A DNA stretch of 64,000 nt from Eledone cirrhosa (taxonomy: Eukaryota), in the NCBI GenBank assembly GCA_964016885.1, contig OZ024741.1, positions 323,082,001 to 323,146,000 of the forward strand, written 5' to 3'. A program made the position numbers and the translations under genes. Below the pieces are notes generated by a model. It saw only the letters and a program-made list of their open reading frames with translations, was not told where the DNA came from and ran no database searches. How positions within the stretch are numbered: position 1 is the first letter of the stretch; each line of letters begins with the position of its first letter. Positions 51,050 through 64,000 of this stretch are shown here, piece by piece.

Positions 51050-51860
51050 GGGTGGAGGCCATTGGTTATTATGGTAACGGTGAGCCGCTGAGTTATCATC
51101 GATGAGGTAGTATATTCCCTGCAGATTAGTCATGGTTCTGCCTATCAAATCACTCACGATGAACTCGGCTTCCATAAAGTCTGTATGAGATGGGTGCCAA
51201 GAGAGCTTAGTGCTGAGCATAAATACAAACGTGCTAAGGTCTGCCAACGTTTACTTGACTGCTACAACAATGAAGGTGAAGAATTTAGCAGAAAAGTGAC
51301 ATGGGGTGAAAAGAAGGTTCAACACAATAAGCCAGAATCCAAAAAATAGAGTTTTGTGTGGAATCATCCTGGCTTGCTAGCGACGAAGAAATTCAAGACT
51401 CAATCTTCGGCGGGAAAGGTGACTCAAAAGGGACTATACTGGAAGACTACCTGGAAAAGGGGTGTACGATCAACAGTGCAAGATACAGTGCTTTGCTGGC
51501 CAACAATCTGAAGCCAGCAATTCGCACCAAACGCTGAAGCCTATTGTCTAAGAACGTTTTGTTGTTTCATGACAATGCACACCCACATATGCTGCCAGCC
51601 AGACAGTTGAAACCATAAACCAATTAGGTTTTGAGGTGCTGGAACACCCTGCCTACAACCCAGATCTCGCGTCTTTCGACTATCATCTCTTTAGACCACT
51701 TAAAGATGCTTTACGAAGTCGTCGATTCCCTACGGATAGGAAGCCGTGCGTGAATGTTTTCGTGACGAACCTAAAACCTTCTTAAGGAATACGCAAGCTT
51801 TAGGACCACTAGACCAAGTGGATCGTAAAAGAAAGGGGCTGTGTAGAAAAATGACGTACT
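51050..51860 (+). pseudogene. Mariner transposase relic
   Basis: RWVPRELS, KKFKTQSSAGKV, LFHDNAHPH, VLEHPAYNPDLASFDYHLF; stops and frameshifts. Confidence 0.85.
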
Positions 51861-52261
51861 TGTTTAAGCTCTGCTTTTGTGTAAATAAAGTGAAAAAAAC
51901 AAGGGTGTAGAATTTTTTTTTTTTGCTTGCTTTGGTGACCAGCAGAATTTTAGTGCATTCGTACCCGTTACCCGTTTATGGCGGGATAATAATGCGGGAT
52001 AATAACCGGTAGCTAGAGAGAACAAATAAGATTGGTGGTATTCTAGGTTGTAGTTGAGTGGTCAGCCACCCACACCCTTGCGACTGCGCAAAACATACGC
52101 ATATTTTTTAGTCCGCTCCCTTCCACCCAAAATTGCCCCTGAAATGTTACCTTTTAATCATTTTTTGCTATATGAAGAAATCACGATATCTATCGTCATG
52201 GAAATATGTATAATGGCTCAATTAATAAAGGACTCTAACACCTTCAAATTCTCATTTTCCT

Positions 52262-52301
<40 letters not shown>

Positions 52302-52523
52302 TATATGTGTATTATATATATACATATATATAATATACATTTATTTATATATATAATATGTGTGTGTGTATATATATATACCATTTATGTTGCATGGTTT
52401 ACCAATTAATAGAACTGGTCATTCCGGTTAGTAAACCATGATGTAATAGTAAACAAAGCTCTCTACACTCTTCCATCGTAAATGCTAAATCCCGTAGCGG
52501 GTACATGAACAGAGTTAAATATT

Positions 52524-52822
52524 TATTTAAAATAACAGAAAGCCGAACTGAAAATGCCCTCTTAAAATGTTAATGTCGCAAACACTAACATAGAATAGAC
52601 TTGACCCAGAGATGGTTCGCGAAATTCGGTGTTAGTGTTGTGGCGAGCCGTAATTCCTTTTATTGATTAACTAATTAATTATGCAATCCGAACCTGACGT
52701 GTCACGAAGGTCTTACGTCGTGATTGGATGAAGTAACTTGGGCACTGAGATATGTATAATGTTTTTCGCCACATTGAAATTTTAAAAAGACATTTCCATT
52801 CTGGCCTTCTGTTGTTTTAAAT
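52524..52822. mobile_element. MITE-like element with imperfect TIRs of about 30 bp
   Basis: tatttaaaataacagaaagccg..gaaaatg versus catttcc..ggccttctgttgttttaaata. Confidence 0.5.
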
Positions 52823-53459
52823 ATGTGTATGTGTGTGTGTATACGTTTATATATATAAAAGCCTGTTGAAAAAGTGACTTCCTTGTTCGATCATCATACC
52901 AAAAGCTTAACATTATTTGTCTAAGCAGACAGTACTTGATTTAGGAGTTGCAGAAACCCAATACTGGATATTACCAACCCTCCAGGGGTCCGGGTATAAT
53001 TTTCAATCATATTTTATTTGTTTGACCCGAATTACTTGGTCGTTTCTATGGCTGTGCGGATAATGGTTTAACCATCGTCTCAGTGTGTTTCGCCTTTTAA
53101 CTTATGTTGTTGCTCTAGTTCACTAGCTTCTATTGAGCGCTTGCCACACATCTCGGAAATTGTTTTTCGCTAATTTCCAATAGCCGAAATACGATTCTCG
53201 CTAATTTACATTTGTATATATATATATCCCAGAAAAAATTATTTCGCGTGATCTGTTACCAGCGATAATTTGGAATGGGAGAAGTATCACGTGACTTACA
53301 GTCAACAAAAGGGTAGCAGTATGTGGACAATGGCAAGTGACAGGGTTGCTAGAAATAGCAGTCCATTTTAACCTATTTTTTTTACTCAACTGTAAGGGAG
53401 TACAGAACAAAATTATTGAAGATACATATGTATATATATATATCTAGGGCGGGTAAAAT

Positions 53460-54125
53460 TCCCGAGATCGATGGACGAGTTCTCTCCAGCGGTCTCTGTC
53501 CCTCATTATCGCTGCCATGTCCTGCGTCTCCAACAAACCAGTGTCTGTCCTTAGGACATCAACATACGTTAAAACCTTGGTCTTCCTCTTCCAGTGTGTT
53601 CATGTAGGGGCTCCCACAGGAGCACTGAGTGCAATGTCAACTCTGGGTGTCGGTGAGCATGTCCAGCTAACCTCAGTCTTTCTGTGTCACTTTTGAGCTG
53701 ACTTTTGGGAGGCTCCCATACAGCTCTGAGTTTTTCATCCTCAGTGTATACTGATTAATGTTCAGAGCCATCCTCAGCATTCTCATATAGCACCCATCCA
53801 CCATCTGAGTGAGTTTCTTGGTCAGTGTCCAAGTCTCAGACCCGTACAGCAGCACAGACTCCACTACAGCAATGAAGAGGCGGATTTTCAGGTCCTTACG
53901 AAGGTCCGACTTCCACACCAATCTCAAGCTGTGGCACGCCGCCCAGGCTTTGCTCTTCCTCTCAACCACATCATCTTCCGTATTCCCAATCTTTGCTCCC
54001 AAATACAGAAAGTCCTCAACCAATTCTAGCGGCTTCCCGCCTACATTAGTGATCCCCTCTGGCTTCTCAACATGCTCTACCAGATATTTTATTTTAGTCT
54101 CATTCATTCTCAACCCCACACTCAT
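53460..54125 (-). pseudogene. RTE-clade LINE 3' fragment (RT C-terminus)
   Basis: [45 protein letters not shown]. Confidence 0.85.
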
Positions 54126-54201
<76 letters not shown>

Positions 54202-54511
54202 TATAAGCATACATATGAGGGTGTCCAACTATTACCAGTTTTGCTCAATGAAGGAATTAATAAAAATCAATTAGTCAGAGCATAATAAAATTATATGTGG
54301 GAAAAGTAAACAAGATAAAATATGATTTCCTTCGAATGAAACAGTTCTAGTCCTGTAGAAGCCATTTCTATATTAAATTTGTTGTACACACTCTACTAAA
54401 GAATTGAGTACCTTAGTTACTGTGGTTACCCCCCGATTGCACCTGAGACATATATATATGTGTGTGTGACAATAGTAAGTCAGATTTGCAGCTTGTTGTG
54501 AAATTGTATTG

Positions 54512-54594
54512 CATATTACAACTGTTTCGATATCAATCAGCTCGAATTAGATCAGGCGATCGATCCTGACTCTTAATCAACACCTTCAGATATG
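54512..54594 (-). ncRNA. Degenerate hammerhead (family F) with long stem II
   Basis: catat-CTGAAGG-tgttgatta...tgattgatatc-GAAA-cagttg-TA-atatg. Confidence 0.5.
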
Positions 54595-54609
54595 TGATAG
54601 ATTATAAAT

Positions 54610-54827
54610 AGTCAGGACCCCGACAGCTGAACTCCTGCCGTTTCAACAGCCAGTTCCAGTCTGGAACTGGCTGTTGAAAGGGCAAGAGTTCAGCCGTCTA
54701 GGTCCTGACTCTACTACCCCCCAAGTATCAAGTACTCCGTTGAGTATTGGTCTAATCAGTTTCTAACTGAATCCATCCTGATTTATATATATGTATATAT
54801 AAATCAGGATGGATTCAGTTAGAAACT
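54610..54827. repeat. Two adjacent hairpins (54610-54710 imperfect; 54758-54827 near-perfect)
   Basis: agtcaggacc..ttcaacagccagttccag t ctggaactggctgttgaa..ggtcctgact; agtttctaactgaatccatcctgattt..aaatcaggatggattcagttagaaact. Confidence 0.85.
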
Positions 54828-54892
54828 AAAGTATTGAATACCTTACTTACTGTGATTACCCCCGATTGAACCTGGGACTCACACACACACAT

Positions 54893-54942
<50 letters not shown>

Positions 54943-55000
54943 TATAAAAAATAATAAAAAATAAACAAAGAAGCCTTCAATACATCAAAAGTCTTTATTA

Positions 55001-55041
55001 GCCTACAATGTTTCGTCCCATTAATAAGGACTCATCAGGGC
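55001..55041 (-). ncRNA. Type I hammerhead ribozyme (family G)
   Basis: Exact reverse complement of 56810-56850. Confidence 0.85.
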
Positions 55042-55380
55042 AAGTAAATTGACAAGAAGCATTAACGGCCAGAACACCCAAAACTCAGAAGAATAGGGAA
55101 TTCATATCCATGAAAGCTTAGGAAAGATATCAAGGAAAAGCATGCTAAAGCTAAAAGTGTGCAGTTACAAATATAGACTATAGGGCAAGAAAGCGAGTAA
55201 TATGTCAAACATACGTTGAAAGTACAGTATAAGACAAATACATTAAATACATGGTAATATAATGTGAGAATTACAATATGATATAGAATACAATATAATG
55301 GATAATAATAAATAAAAAGCTTAATATATGTATATATATATATATATCCATATATATACACATTTACACAAACACATACT

Positions 55381-55558
55381 TGTTTCTACTTTAGGCACAA
55401 GGCCAGCAATTACCCAGTGCATTACTGGTACTTTATTTTATCGACCCCGTAAGGATGAAAGGCAAAGTCAACCTCGGCGGGATTTGAACTCAGATCGTAA
55501 AGGGACGTAACTATGCTTGAAAGCATGGCGTCCGACCCTCTACCGATACTGCCAATCC
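55381..55558 (-). mobile_element. tRNA-derived SINE with 13-bp TSD ACAAACACATACT
   Basis: TSD at 55368-55380 and 55559-55571; the empty site is visible in the right arm at about 56471-56483. Confidence 0.9.
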
Positions 55559-56809
55559 ACAAACACATACTAACACTTATTAAGTATTTAAATATAAATA
55601 TACTCTTTATAATATAAAAATCACCCTGACGGTGTGCATAAACTATACAAAAAAAAAAAACCAATAGAATAATATATAGACATCAAAAACATACAAAACT
55701 ACATCATACATATCCTTTGATGTCAACAAATTGTATATAAAGTTTTTCAAGGGTAAGAAAAAATATCATATAAAACTAAAGTTATGTTGAAAAAACATAT
55801 ATAAATACATAAAGTATTGACAATAAATATATATAGAGGTATATGCAGTTTACATTCATAAAATATTACAAAATATTACAAAAGATTACAAAACAGTACC
55901 TCAAATATCTGACATATATTAATACCTATAACTCAATTACATAGAAATAATATGATATATCAATGTTAATATTATAATAATTATAATAATAAATAAAATA
56001 ATATAATAGCAGACAGACAGAGTCAATGGAAAATGTTTAAGATATATTTACGCGGTTAATATAGGGAGACATATTATGATGCAAAGCAGAAAATATAAAT
56101 ATGACAGACAGCAAGTGGTAGTAAAGAAATAATGATGATGATGATAGGAAGACAGACAGCATGTGGTAGTAAAAAAATAAATAAAAATAAATAAAATAAA
56201 ACGAAGAACAAAAACAAAAAACAAAAAACAAAAACAAAAACAAGCACAGTAACGTAGGTATTACAAGTTGTTATGTAAATATAGAAGATATTATTCTAAA
56301 CTAAAGAATTGAATAGAAAACCTTATTAAATTAATTAATATTAAAATTGCTTAAAAGATATTATTGGTCACCTCTTTTTTTTTTTTTTTTTTTGTATAGT
56401 TTATGCACACCGTCAGGGTGATTTTTATATTATAAAGAGTATATTTATATTTAAATACTTAATAAGTGTTAGTATGTGTTTGTGTAAATGTGTATATATA
56501 TGGATATATATATATATATACATATATTAAGCATTTTATTTATTATTATCCATTATATTGTATTCTATATCATATTGTAATTCTCACATTATATTACCAT
56601 GTATTTAATGTATTTGTCTTATACTGTACTTTCAACGTATGTTTGACATATTACTCGCTTTCTTGCCCTATAGTCTATATTTGTAACTGCACACTTTTAG
56701 CTTTAGCATGCTTTTCCTTGATATCTTTCCTAAGCTTTCATGGATATGAATTCCCTATTCTTCTGAGTTTTGGTTGTTCTGGCCGTTAATGCTTCTTGTC
56801 AATTTACTT

Positions 56810-56850
56810 GCCCTGATGAGTCCTTATTAATGGGACGAAACATTGTAGGC
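56810..56850 (+). ncRNA. Type I hammerhead ribozyme (family G)
   Basis: gcc-CTGATGA-gtcc ttattaatg ggac-GAAA-c att g-TA-ggc, immediately followed by tAATAAA. Confidence 0.88.
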
Positions 56851-56998
56851 TAATAAAGACTTTTGATGTATTGAAGGCTTCTTTGTTTATTTTTTATAAT
56901 TTTTCGGCTCTGTTGTATTACATTGAGCTATATCTTATACTGTCATTTCTATAATAAGACGAGTGTGTTTTACTCCAACGCACTCTAGTATTTTAATT

Positions 56999-57030
<32 letters not shown>

Positions 57031-57036
<6 letters not shown>

Positions 57037-57108
57037 GTGTCCAAAAAATGTATACACACTTCAACAGTTGAAAACTCAAAGTGCGTATACATTTTGGGGG
57101 GCACACTC
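57031..57108. mobile_element. Very short Tc1/mariner-type MITE remnant
   Basis: TA-cagagtgtccaaaaaatgtatacacact ... agtgcgtatacattttggggg..cactct. Confidence 0.55.
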
Positions 57109-57124
57109 TCTCTCTCTATATATA

Positions 57125-57649
57125 TATATATGTATGTAAAAAGTAAACAGAAGTAACAACACAATCGGTACAGTATATGGAAGGAATATATTTGGTTAAC
57201 GCGTGAAATAGCAGGAAGAGGGTCTTGACGTTTCGGATGCTAGTCCTTCATCAGAAGAAAGAATGAGAATAAGATAAATTGAGGGAACGGGCGGGTTGGA
57301 ATTGGAAAAAATGTCTTTAGTCATGTTGACATCTCATGGAAAAAATAGACGGGTGAGAAGAAGGTCGTGTAAGAAGATTGTTGTAAAGGAAAAGTGGTAG
57401 AGAGTCGTGGAATATTTAAATGCAATAAGCAAAGAAAATTTCAATGATACGAAAGATTTCCTGGTGGAAGTTCAGGTGTACTCCGGTTGGTATCCAGTTT
57501 CGGGGTGAAAATCCAATTAGAAAATCCAACAAATTTTGAGAGGTCCACGTAAGCTTTGATATATATATATGTATGTAAAAGGTAAACAGAAATAACAAAA
57601 CAATCGGTACAGTATATGGAAGGCATATATTAGGTTAACGCTTGAAACA

Positions 57650-57652
<3 letters not shown>
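57125..57652 (-). mobile_element. PLE-type partial tandem (family H): about 85-bp terminal repeat twice, with an HHR
   Basis: 57125-57213 is repeated at 57565-57652. Confidence 0.65.
57223..57258 (-). ncRNA. Minimal type I hammerhead ribozyme (family H)
   Basis: tctt-CTGATGA-a gga ctagca tcc-GAAA-cgTC-aaga. Confidence 0.8.
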
Positions 57653-57708
<56 letters not shown>

Positions 57709-57760
57709 TTAAAGAAAGAAGAGTAACATGGTTGGCTGTACAATAAGGGCTTTATTTAAA

Positions 57761-57871
57761 ATACTGACAATTGTTTCGTTGATCAGGTGTGTCTAGAGTT
57801 TGCTAATCGCTTGAGGTTGCGTCAATCGATCTCCAATACATTGTTTACCACTGGTCAACACATCAGAGCAC
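57761..57871 (-). ncRNA. Hammerhead variant (family I), inverted copy
   Basis: gtgct-CTGATGT-gttgaccag...ctgatcaac-GAAA-caattg-TC-agtat. Confidence 0.6.
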
Positions 57872-58244
57872 ATAGATATGAAAATAATTCACTTGAGGAA
57901 AGACTTATATAGAGGAGTAGCGTAAAACAAAACAATAACATCAATAATAGAACAGCGTATAATTAAAATAATAACATCAATAATAAAACATGTATGGTAA
58001 ATAGATAGAGAAGTTACAGGTGTAAAAAGTGACAAGTAAGATACAATGTAGGGTACATTGAAAAATAATAATAAGAAGAAGAAGAAAAGGAGTAAATGGA
58101 AGATACAAAGAAATAAAAGAAATGAAAGAATGATTATAGTGTACTTAAAGTTAGATTTTAGTAGTTCTTGAGAAAGTGTTCTTTGGTGCTAACATGAGAG
58201 GCCAGATTTTAGATGTAGATAAATTTGTGTGGAGGGTCCGATAA

Positions 58245-58721
58245 AACAACAACTTACAAACTCGCAATGAAGAACATGCACAAAATAAAACCTCAAACTG
58301 TAATTGCCATCTATCAGATAAGTGCCCACGGAATAGATGCCTGGATTCGAGCATGGTATACATGTGTACTATGAATTCAGGCAACTCTACTTGGCACTAC
58401 ATAGGTTCCACAGCTGGGGAGTTTAAGAAAAGGTGGTACGTCCACAGACACTCCATGAAAAACCATGCACTGGAGAATTCTACAACGCTCGCCAATAAAA
58501 TCTGGCAGCTTAAGGACAAAAACCTAGAATACAAGATTAGCTGGCCAAAATTATCGGCAGCAAAGGCCTACAGCAACGGTATGTCCCACTGCGGGCTCTG
58601 TAATTTAGAACTGCTACATATTTTAAGCTACGATAAGATGCTGCTTAACAGCAAAATAGAAAGATTCATTTTTTGTAGGCATAAAATAGCTACTAGATTT
58701 ACAAACTTCAAACCACCATGA
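58245..58721 (+). pseudogene. GIY-YIG endonuclease domain with Cys-rich flanks; open frame, RT lost by truncation
   Basis: NCNC..KCP..RCL..MVY..HYIGST..FKKRW..H..STTL..IW.LK..CGLC..E..LLN..CRH; frame open from 58245 to the stop at 58721. Confidence 0.85.
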
Positions 58722-59344
58722 TTCGAACCAGCAATCCCAAAATTAGTACTGAACCACCTAGACTTTAACATATAGAATACACACTTTCACACCGCTATTA
58801 GCTATCAAACTGCCAACTGATCATTGGACCATAAATCTCTGTACACTTATTCCACCCTCTCTCCATCAATCTCATTAAGATAGAGCAACCAACATCTACA
58901 ACGAACGTTTATCAAATGACCTGTCAACCCATAAATAGTATACATCAATTAATCTCTATTTTATTGTTTTCTATTTTATCGGACCCTCCACACAAATTTA
59001 TCTACATCTAAAATCTGGCCTCTCATGTTAGCACCAAAGAACACTTTCTCAAGAACTACTAAAATCTAACTCTAAGTTCACTATATCACTCTTCCATTTC
59101 TTTTATTTCTTTGTATCTTCCATTTCCTCATGTTCTTCTTATTATTATTATTTTTCAATGTACCCTACATTGTATCTTACTTGTCACTTTTTACATCTGT
59201 AACTTCTCTATCTATTTACCATACATGTTTTATTATTGATGTTATTATTTTAATTATACGCTGTTCTATTATTGATGTTATTGTTTTGTTTTACGCTACT
59301 CCTCTATATAAGTCTTGCTTCGAGTGAATTATTTTCATATCTTC

Positions 59345-59455
59345 GTGCTCTGATGTGTTGACCAGTGGTAAAAAATGTATTGGAGATCGATTGACGCAAC
59401 TTCAAGCGATTAGCGAACTCTAGACACACCTGACCAATGAAACAATTGTCAGTAC
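59345..59455 (+). ncRNA. Hammerhead variant (family I) with 82-nt stem II and CUGAUGU core
   Basis: gtgct-CTGATGT-[82 nt]-GAAA-caattg-TC-agtac, then AATAAA. Confidence 0.6.
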
Positions 59456-59656
59456 TTTAAATAAAGCCCTTATTGTACAGCCAACCATGTTACTCTTCTT
59501 TCTTTAACTATTATTACTCCAAGTATAACCTGCATAGAAATCACCGCGAACTCGCTGCATAACTATGGAAACATCTTGTTGAGTCAAACAAAGCCGTACG
59601 TTAAAATCATCCACGACGCGGAGTACTCTAACCGGATTACCTATAACTGGATTACC

Positions 59657-60542
<886 letters not shown>

Positions 60543-60759
60543 TACATATAGATTTATATGCATGGTGTTTGATATATTTTGTCTAGGCAATACTTACAGA
60601 TGTATTATTCTATTACTGCTCCTAAAACATTACATTTTAAATTAGTAGAGCTGGCTTAAGTCTCTGACGGGGACTATATTTAGTATTCCTGTTGGCCTAG
60701 ACATTTGACGGACAATATGGTTAATATTTTGTGTATTGATAAATATATACATATATAGG

Positions 60760-61200
60760 AAGAGGCTATTTGCCGGTAAGAGTGTCAGGCACCATGTTCG
60801 GCAGCATAGAGTTGCGGCCCTTTATGGTTTGAGTTCAATGTTAGCTTTACCTTTCATCCTTACGGGGTCGATCAAATAAAGTACCAGTCACGCACTGGGA
60901 TCGATTTATCCGACTTTCCGCTCCCCCAAAATTGCTGGCCTTGTACCTAAAACAGAAACCATTATTAGACGAGGAAAGGGTGGTGAATTGGCAGTATCGG
61001 ATCGGTAGAGGGTCGGACGCCATGCCTTGCAACATAGGGTTACGGCCCTTTATGATCTGAGTTCAAATCACGCCGACGTTAACTTTACTTTCCATCCTTA
61101 TAGGGTCGATAAAATAAAGTACCAGTCACGCACTGGGGTCGATTTACTCGACTTTCCCCTCCCCCAAAATTGCTGGCCTTGTGCCTATATAAGAAACCAT
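60760..61200 (+). mobile_element. Two tandem tRNA-derived SINEs; another copy at about 62320-62470
   Basis: Same core cctttcatccttacggggtcga..aaataaagtaccag and tail gctggccttgtgcct. Confidence 0.85.
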
Positions 61201-62024
61201 TATTAGACGAGAAATAAATTACAACCAGATTATATCTTATACTGAAACAACAGAATTGTTATAAAGAAAATTTAACATTCGTTAGTGGGTGCTCGGTGCT
61301 CGACTAGGGCACCCAGAATAAATAACCCCGGTGCTCATCCTCTTCATGCTCGATATTAAGACCCATATTTGGATGGGATAACGTTTTACACTAGGGTGTT
61401 AATACATTGAACACACTTTCGGAATGTTACAGTTTGAACCATCGTCAATTTCGACGTAGGTGGTAAACGAAGGATTGACTCGATTGAGCTTTAATACAGA
61501 CAAATTAATACCGCAAACTACCATTACAAGACATAATATTGCGATAGTAGCTACTTACGGCATCTACATGATGTGATTGAGTGTCAGACGTTTCGTCTTC
61601 AACCAGTGGAAAAAAGCCATTCATTAAAGGGAGGTAACTATTTCTACTATGGGAGATAACTTTTACAAAATCGCTCCATCTAGAAAACCTCTACTACGTA
61701 ACTGTTTGAATTACTAGAAATAGCAGCCAAATAACCAAACCCCTATCTGGTTGTTCCCTGTGCTAGAAATAGTAGCGTGGCGAAAGAGAGTCCTGAGTTC
61801 AAATGAAATTCCAACATAAATAAATACGTTTGTGTGTGTGTGTGTCTATGTGTGTGCTAGCTATTAAGTCAGTGTCGTGTGTGGTTTACAACAATATGAA
61901 ATAAAAAATATCACAAAATAACAAAATATCCAAATAAAATAACAATAAATATCTGATTGGTTTAGGTTTTAATGTTTAATTATACAGATAGAAGATGTGA
62001 TTGAGTGGGGGGGGGGGGAATAAA

Positions 62025-62120
62025 GGTAGATAGGAGAACTGAGAGAGAGAAAGAGAGAGGGGGTAGGTAGAAGTGATGGGTGTATAGATAGATGAGAGAG
62101 AAATGAGGATAGATTGATAG

Positions 62121-62175
<55 letters not shown>

Positions 62176-62300
62176 AAGAGAGAAAAAGGTAGATAGGTAG
62201 GTAGAGAGAGGAGGTAGATAGACAGATAGAGAGAGAGATTAGTAAATACAGGCAGATAGAAATGATGGATGCATAGATAGAAAGGAGATGAGAAGATCAT
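62025..62300. repeat. (GA)n/(GATA)n tract
   Basis: Direct reading. Confidence 0.9.
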
Positions 62301-64000
62301 AAAATAGTAATAGAAATTAAGGCGACAAACTGACAGTTGTTAGGACATCAGATAGAATGCTTTGTGGTATTCCTTCCAGCTCTCTGCTCCCTGAATTCAA
62401 ATCCCGTTGAGGTCAATTTTGCCTTTCATCCATTCGAGGTTGATAAAAACAATACCAGTCTAGTGCTGGAGACGTTTCTTCCTCTATGTGTCTCTTTCTC
62501 TCTTCCTTTCTCTCACTCTCTATCCTTCTCTGGAAGAAATCTGCTTTACTCAGAACTGGAGAAGGATGGACTCTGCTAAGCTTTAAATGCCCAAGAAAAG
62601 CCATATATCACTATGACTCCCTCAGGAATTACAGGTCCATACCATACCAATGGAAATTAAGTGAAAGATGTAGAGAAAGAATGGGAAAAAATTGTATAAC
62701 TGAATCACAAAATGGTAAAGTAAATTAAATTAAGAAACAACTATGGACTCAAGGTCTTGTTGTTTTAAATGTTAACATTAAAGCATAAGCATTTTCAAGT
62801 TCAAAACTTCTTCATCAGATGTTCTGTTTGTTATCTCATTGATCTTTGGATCTTTGGATCGACCAGACAATCAAATGTCCTTATACATCTCTTATCACAA
62901 CTACTTTTATTCCTTTCATCAATGACTTGGCAAATTTTGTGCTTCCACACTTTTACTGTTCATTATTAAAATTTATGTAATTCCATGTGTTTAGCTTGCA
63001 CCTGTAGTTCATTGTGGATTTCAGTTATTTAATGAAATGTGCTTCTGCTGTTTGGATATTCCAATGAGACCTGTGTTTGTCATGTTACTTTGTGGTGTGA
63101 ACACAGTATGGCTGAATAGTTAAGAAGTTTTTTTCACATTCATTATATTCTGGGCTTAATCCCGCAGGATGACATCTTAGTCAAGTCTTATTTACTATAG
63201 CCTCAGGTCCACCAAAGACTTGTGAGTGAAATTGGGTAGATAGATACTGTTTGGAAGCCCTGCCTTGTCACACATTTAGTCATGGTAAAGAATTACATTA
63301 TGGGTAGATGTGTCTGTGGAATGCTCAGCCACTCACACATTAATTTCATAAGCAGGCTATTCTCTTAATTGAACAACTGGGAGACTCGTCATCGAAACTA
63401 CTGGCAGTCCATTTCATCCTATTGGTGTTGGAATACTACACTGGCTTAGATGTCTTGGATATTCTATGGTGTAACTGTCAACTGGGGGGTTTCATGTGCA
63501 TTTCTCTGTATTACATGCAAGATAACCTTTAATCAATACATTATATGTGCATACATCCATCCATTATCATCATCATCATCATCATTGTTGTTTCGTGTCT
63601 GTTTTTCCATCCTTGCATAGGTTAGACAATGGGTTACAATATACATCCCCACTTCCGTCTTTTGGTCAAAACTAGCCATGGGTTGCACATGGAAAGTACC
63701 TCTCCCAACAATGTTGTCCATGAGAAAGGCAAAGTCCACTACAGTTTGACACTAGTAATGAAGTGTAGTTTCTGTCTACCAAATTTCACTCTCAGGGTAT
63801 TGGTCCATCAGAAGCCATGTTTGTGTGTGTTATATGTACATGCATGCATGTGAATGTATATGCATGTTTATGCCTGTCTATATGTGTATGTATATGTGTG
63901 TGTATGTTATCTTTCTTTTGTGATCCAAATTAAATATAGTTCCTATATAAAAGAAAAGAGTAGTTGTCTACCAAAAAAACAAAGGTCTATCACTGATAAC

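Larger units (their letters stand above)
54941..56903. mobile_element. Non-coding foldback element (family G): near-identical inverted arms of about 530 bp, AT-rich spacer, outward-facing HHRs
   Basis: 54941-55661 (minus the SINE) is the reverse complement of 56375-56903. Confidence 0.85.
57707..59509 (+). mobile_element. 5'-truncated Naiad-like PLE preceded by an inverted copy of its own 3' region
   Basis: 57707-58246 is the reverse complement of 58974-59509; GIY-YIG coding sequence lies between; (TA)n on the left and shortly after the right end. Confidence 0.85.

Noticed and set aside
58245-58721. Selenocysteine recoding as reported for some Naiad PLEs
   Set aside because: No in-frame TGA in the surviving frame; the Cys codons I read upstream of the ATG are TGT or TGC
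62784-62823. Minus-strand CTGATGA..aagtt ttg aactt..GAAA hammerhead-like motif
   Set aside because: Stems I and III cannot both be paired around a valid cleavage triplet; chance match or too decayed
61200-64000. Host exons in the distal unique-looking sequence
   Set aside because: Only short ORFs without recognisable motifs, plus SINE remnants; small exons cannot be excluded without RNA data

Overview
Eukaryotic, AT-rich, almost entirely repetitive DNA with no host gene I can recognise. The SINE type and very dense (TA)n/(CATA)n/(TAA)n tracts suggest an octopus or other coleoid cephalopod, but that is inference. The window has three zones. (1) About 0.2-6.5 kb and 49.8-59.5 kb: (TA)n-embedded Penelope-like elements (PLEs; one Penelope/Poseidon-type RT+GIY-YIG, one Naiad-like GIY-YIG) and short non-coding retrozyme-like units. 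Together they carry about 18 type I hammerhead ribozyme (HHR) motifs from about 10 unrelated families, many as outward-facing inverted pairs and several with unusually long stem II inserts. (2) 8.8-12.6 kb: a near-intact R4/Dong-clade RT-RLE retrotransposon sitting inside a (CATA)n tract. (3) 20.9-45.5 kb: a nest of Tx1-like (L1-group) elements and a second Dong family, nearly all joined through (TAA)n tracts. Also present are tRNA-derived SINE arrays, RTE and mariner relics, MITEs and minisatellites. All RNA structures were paired by eye and coordinates may be off by a few bases.
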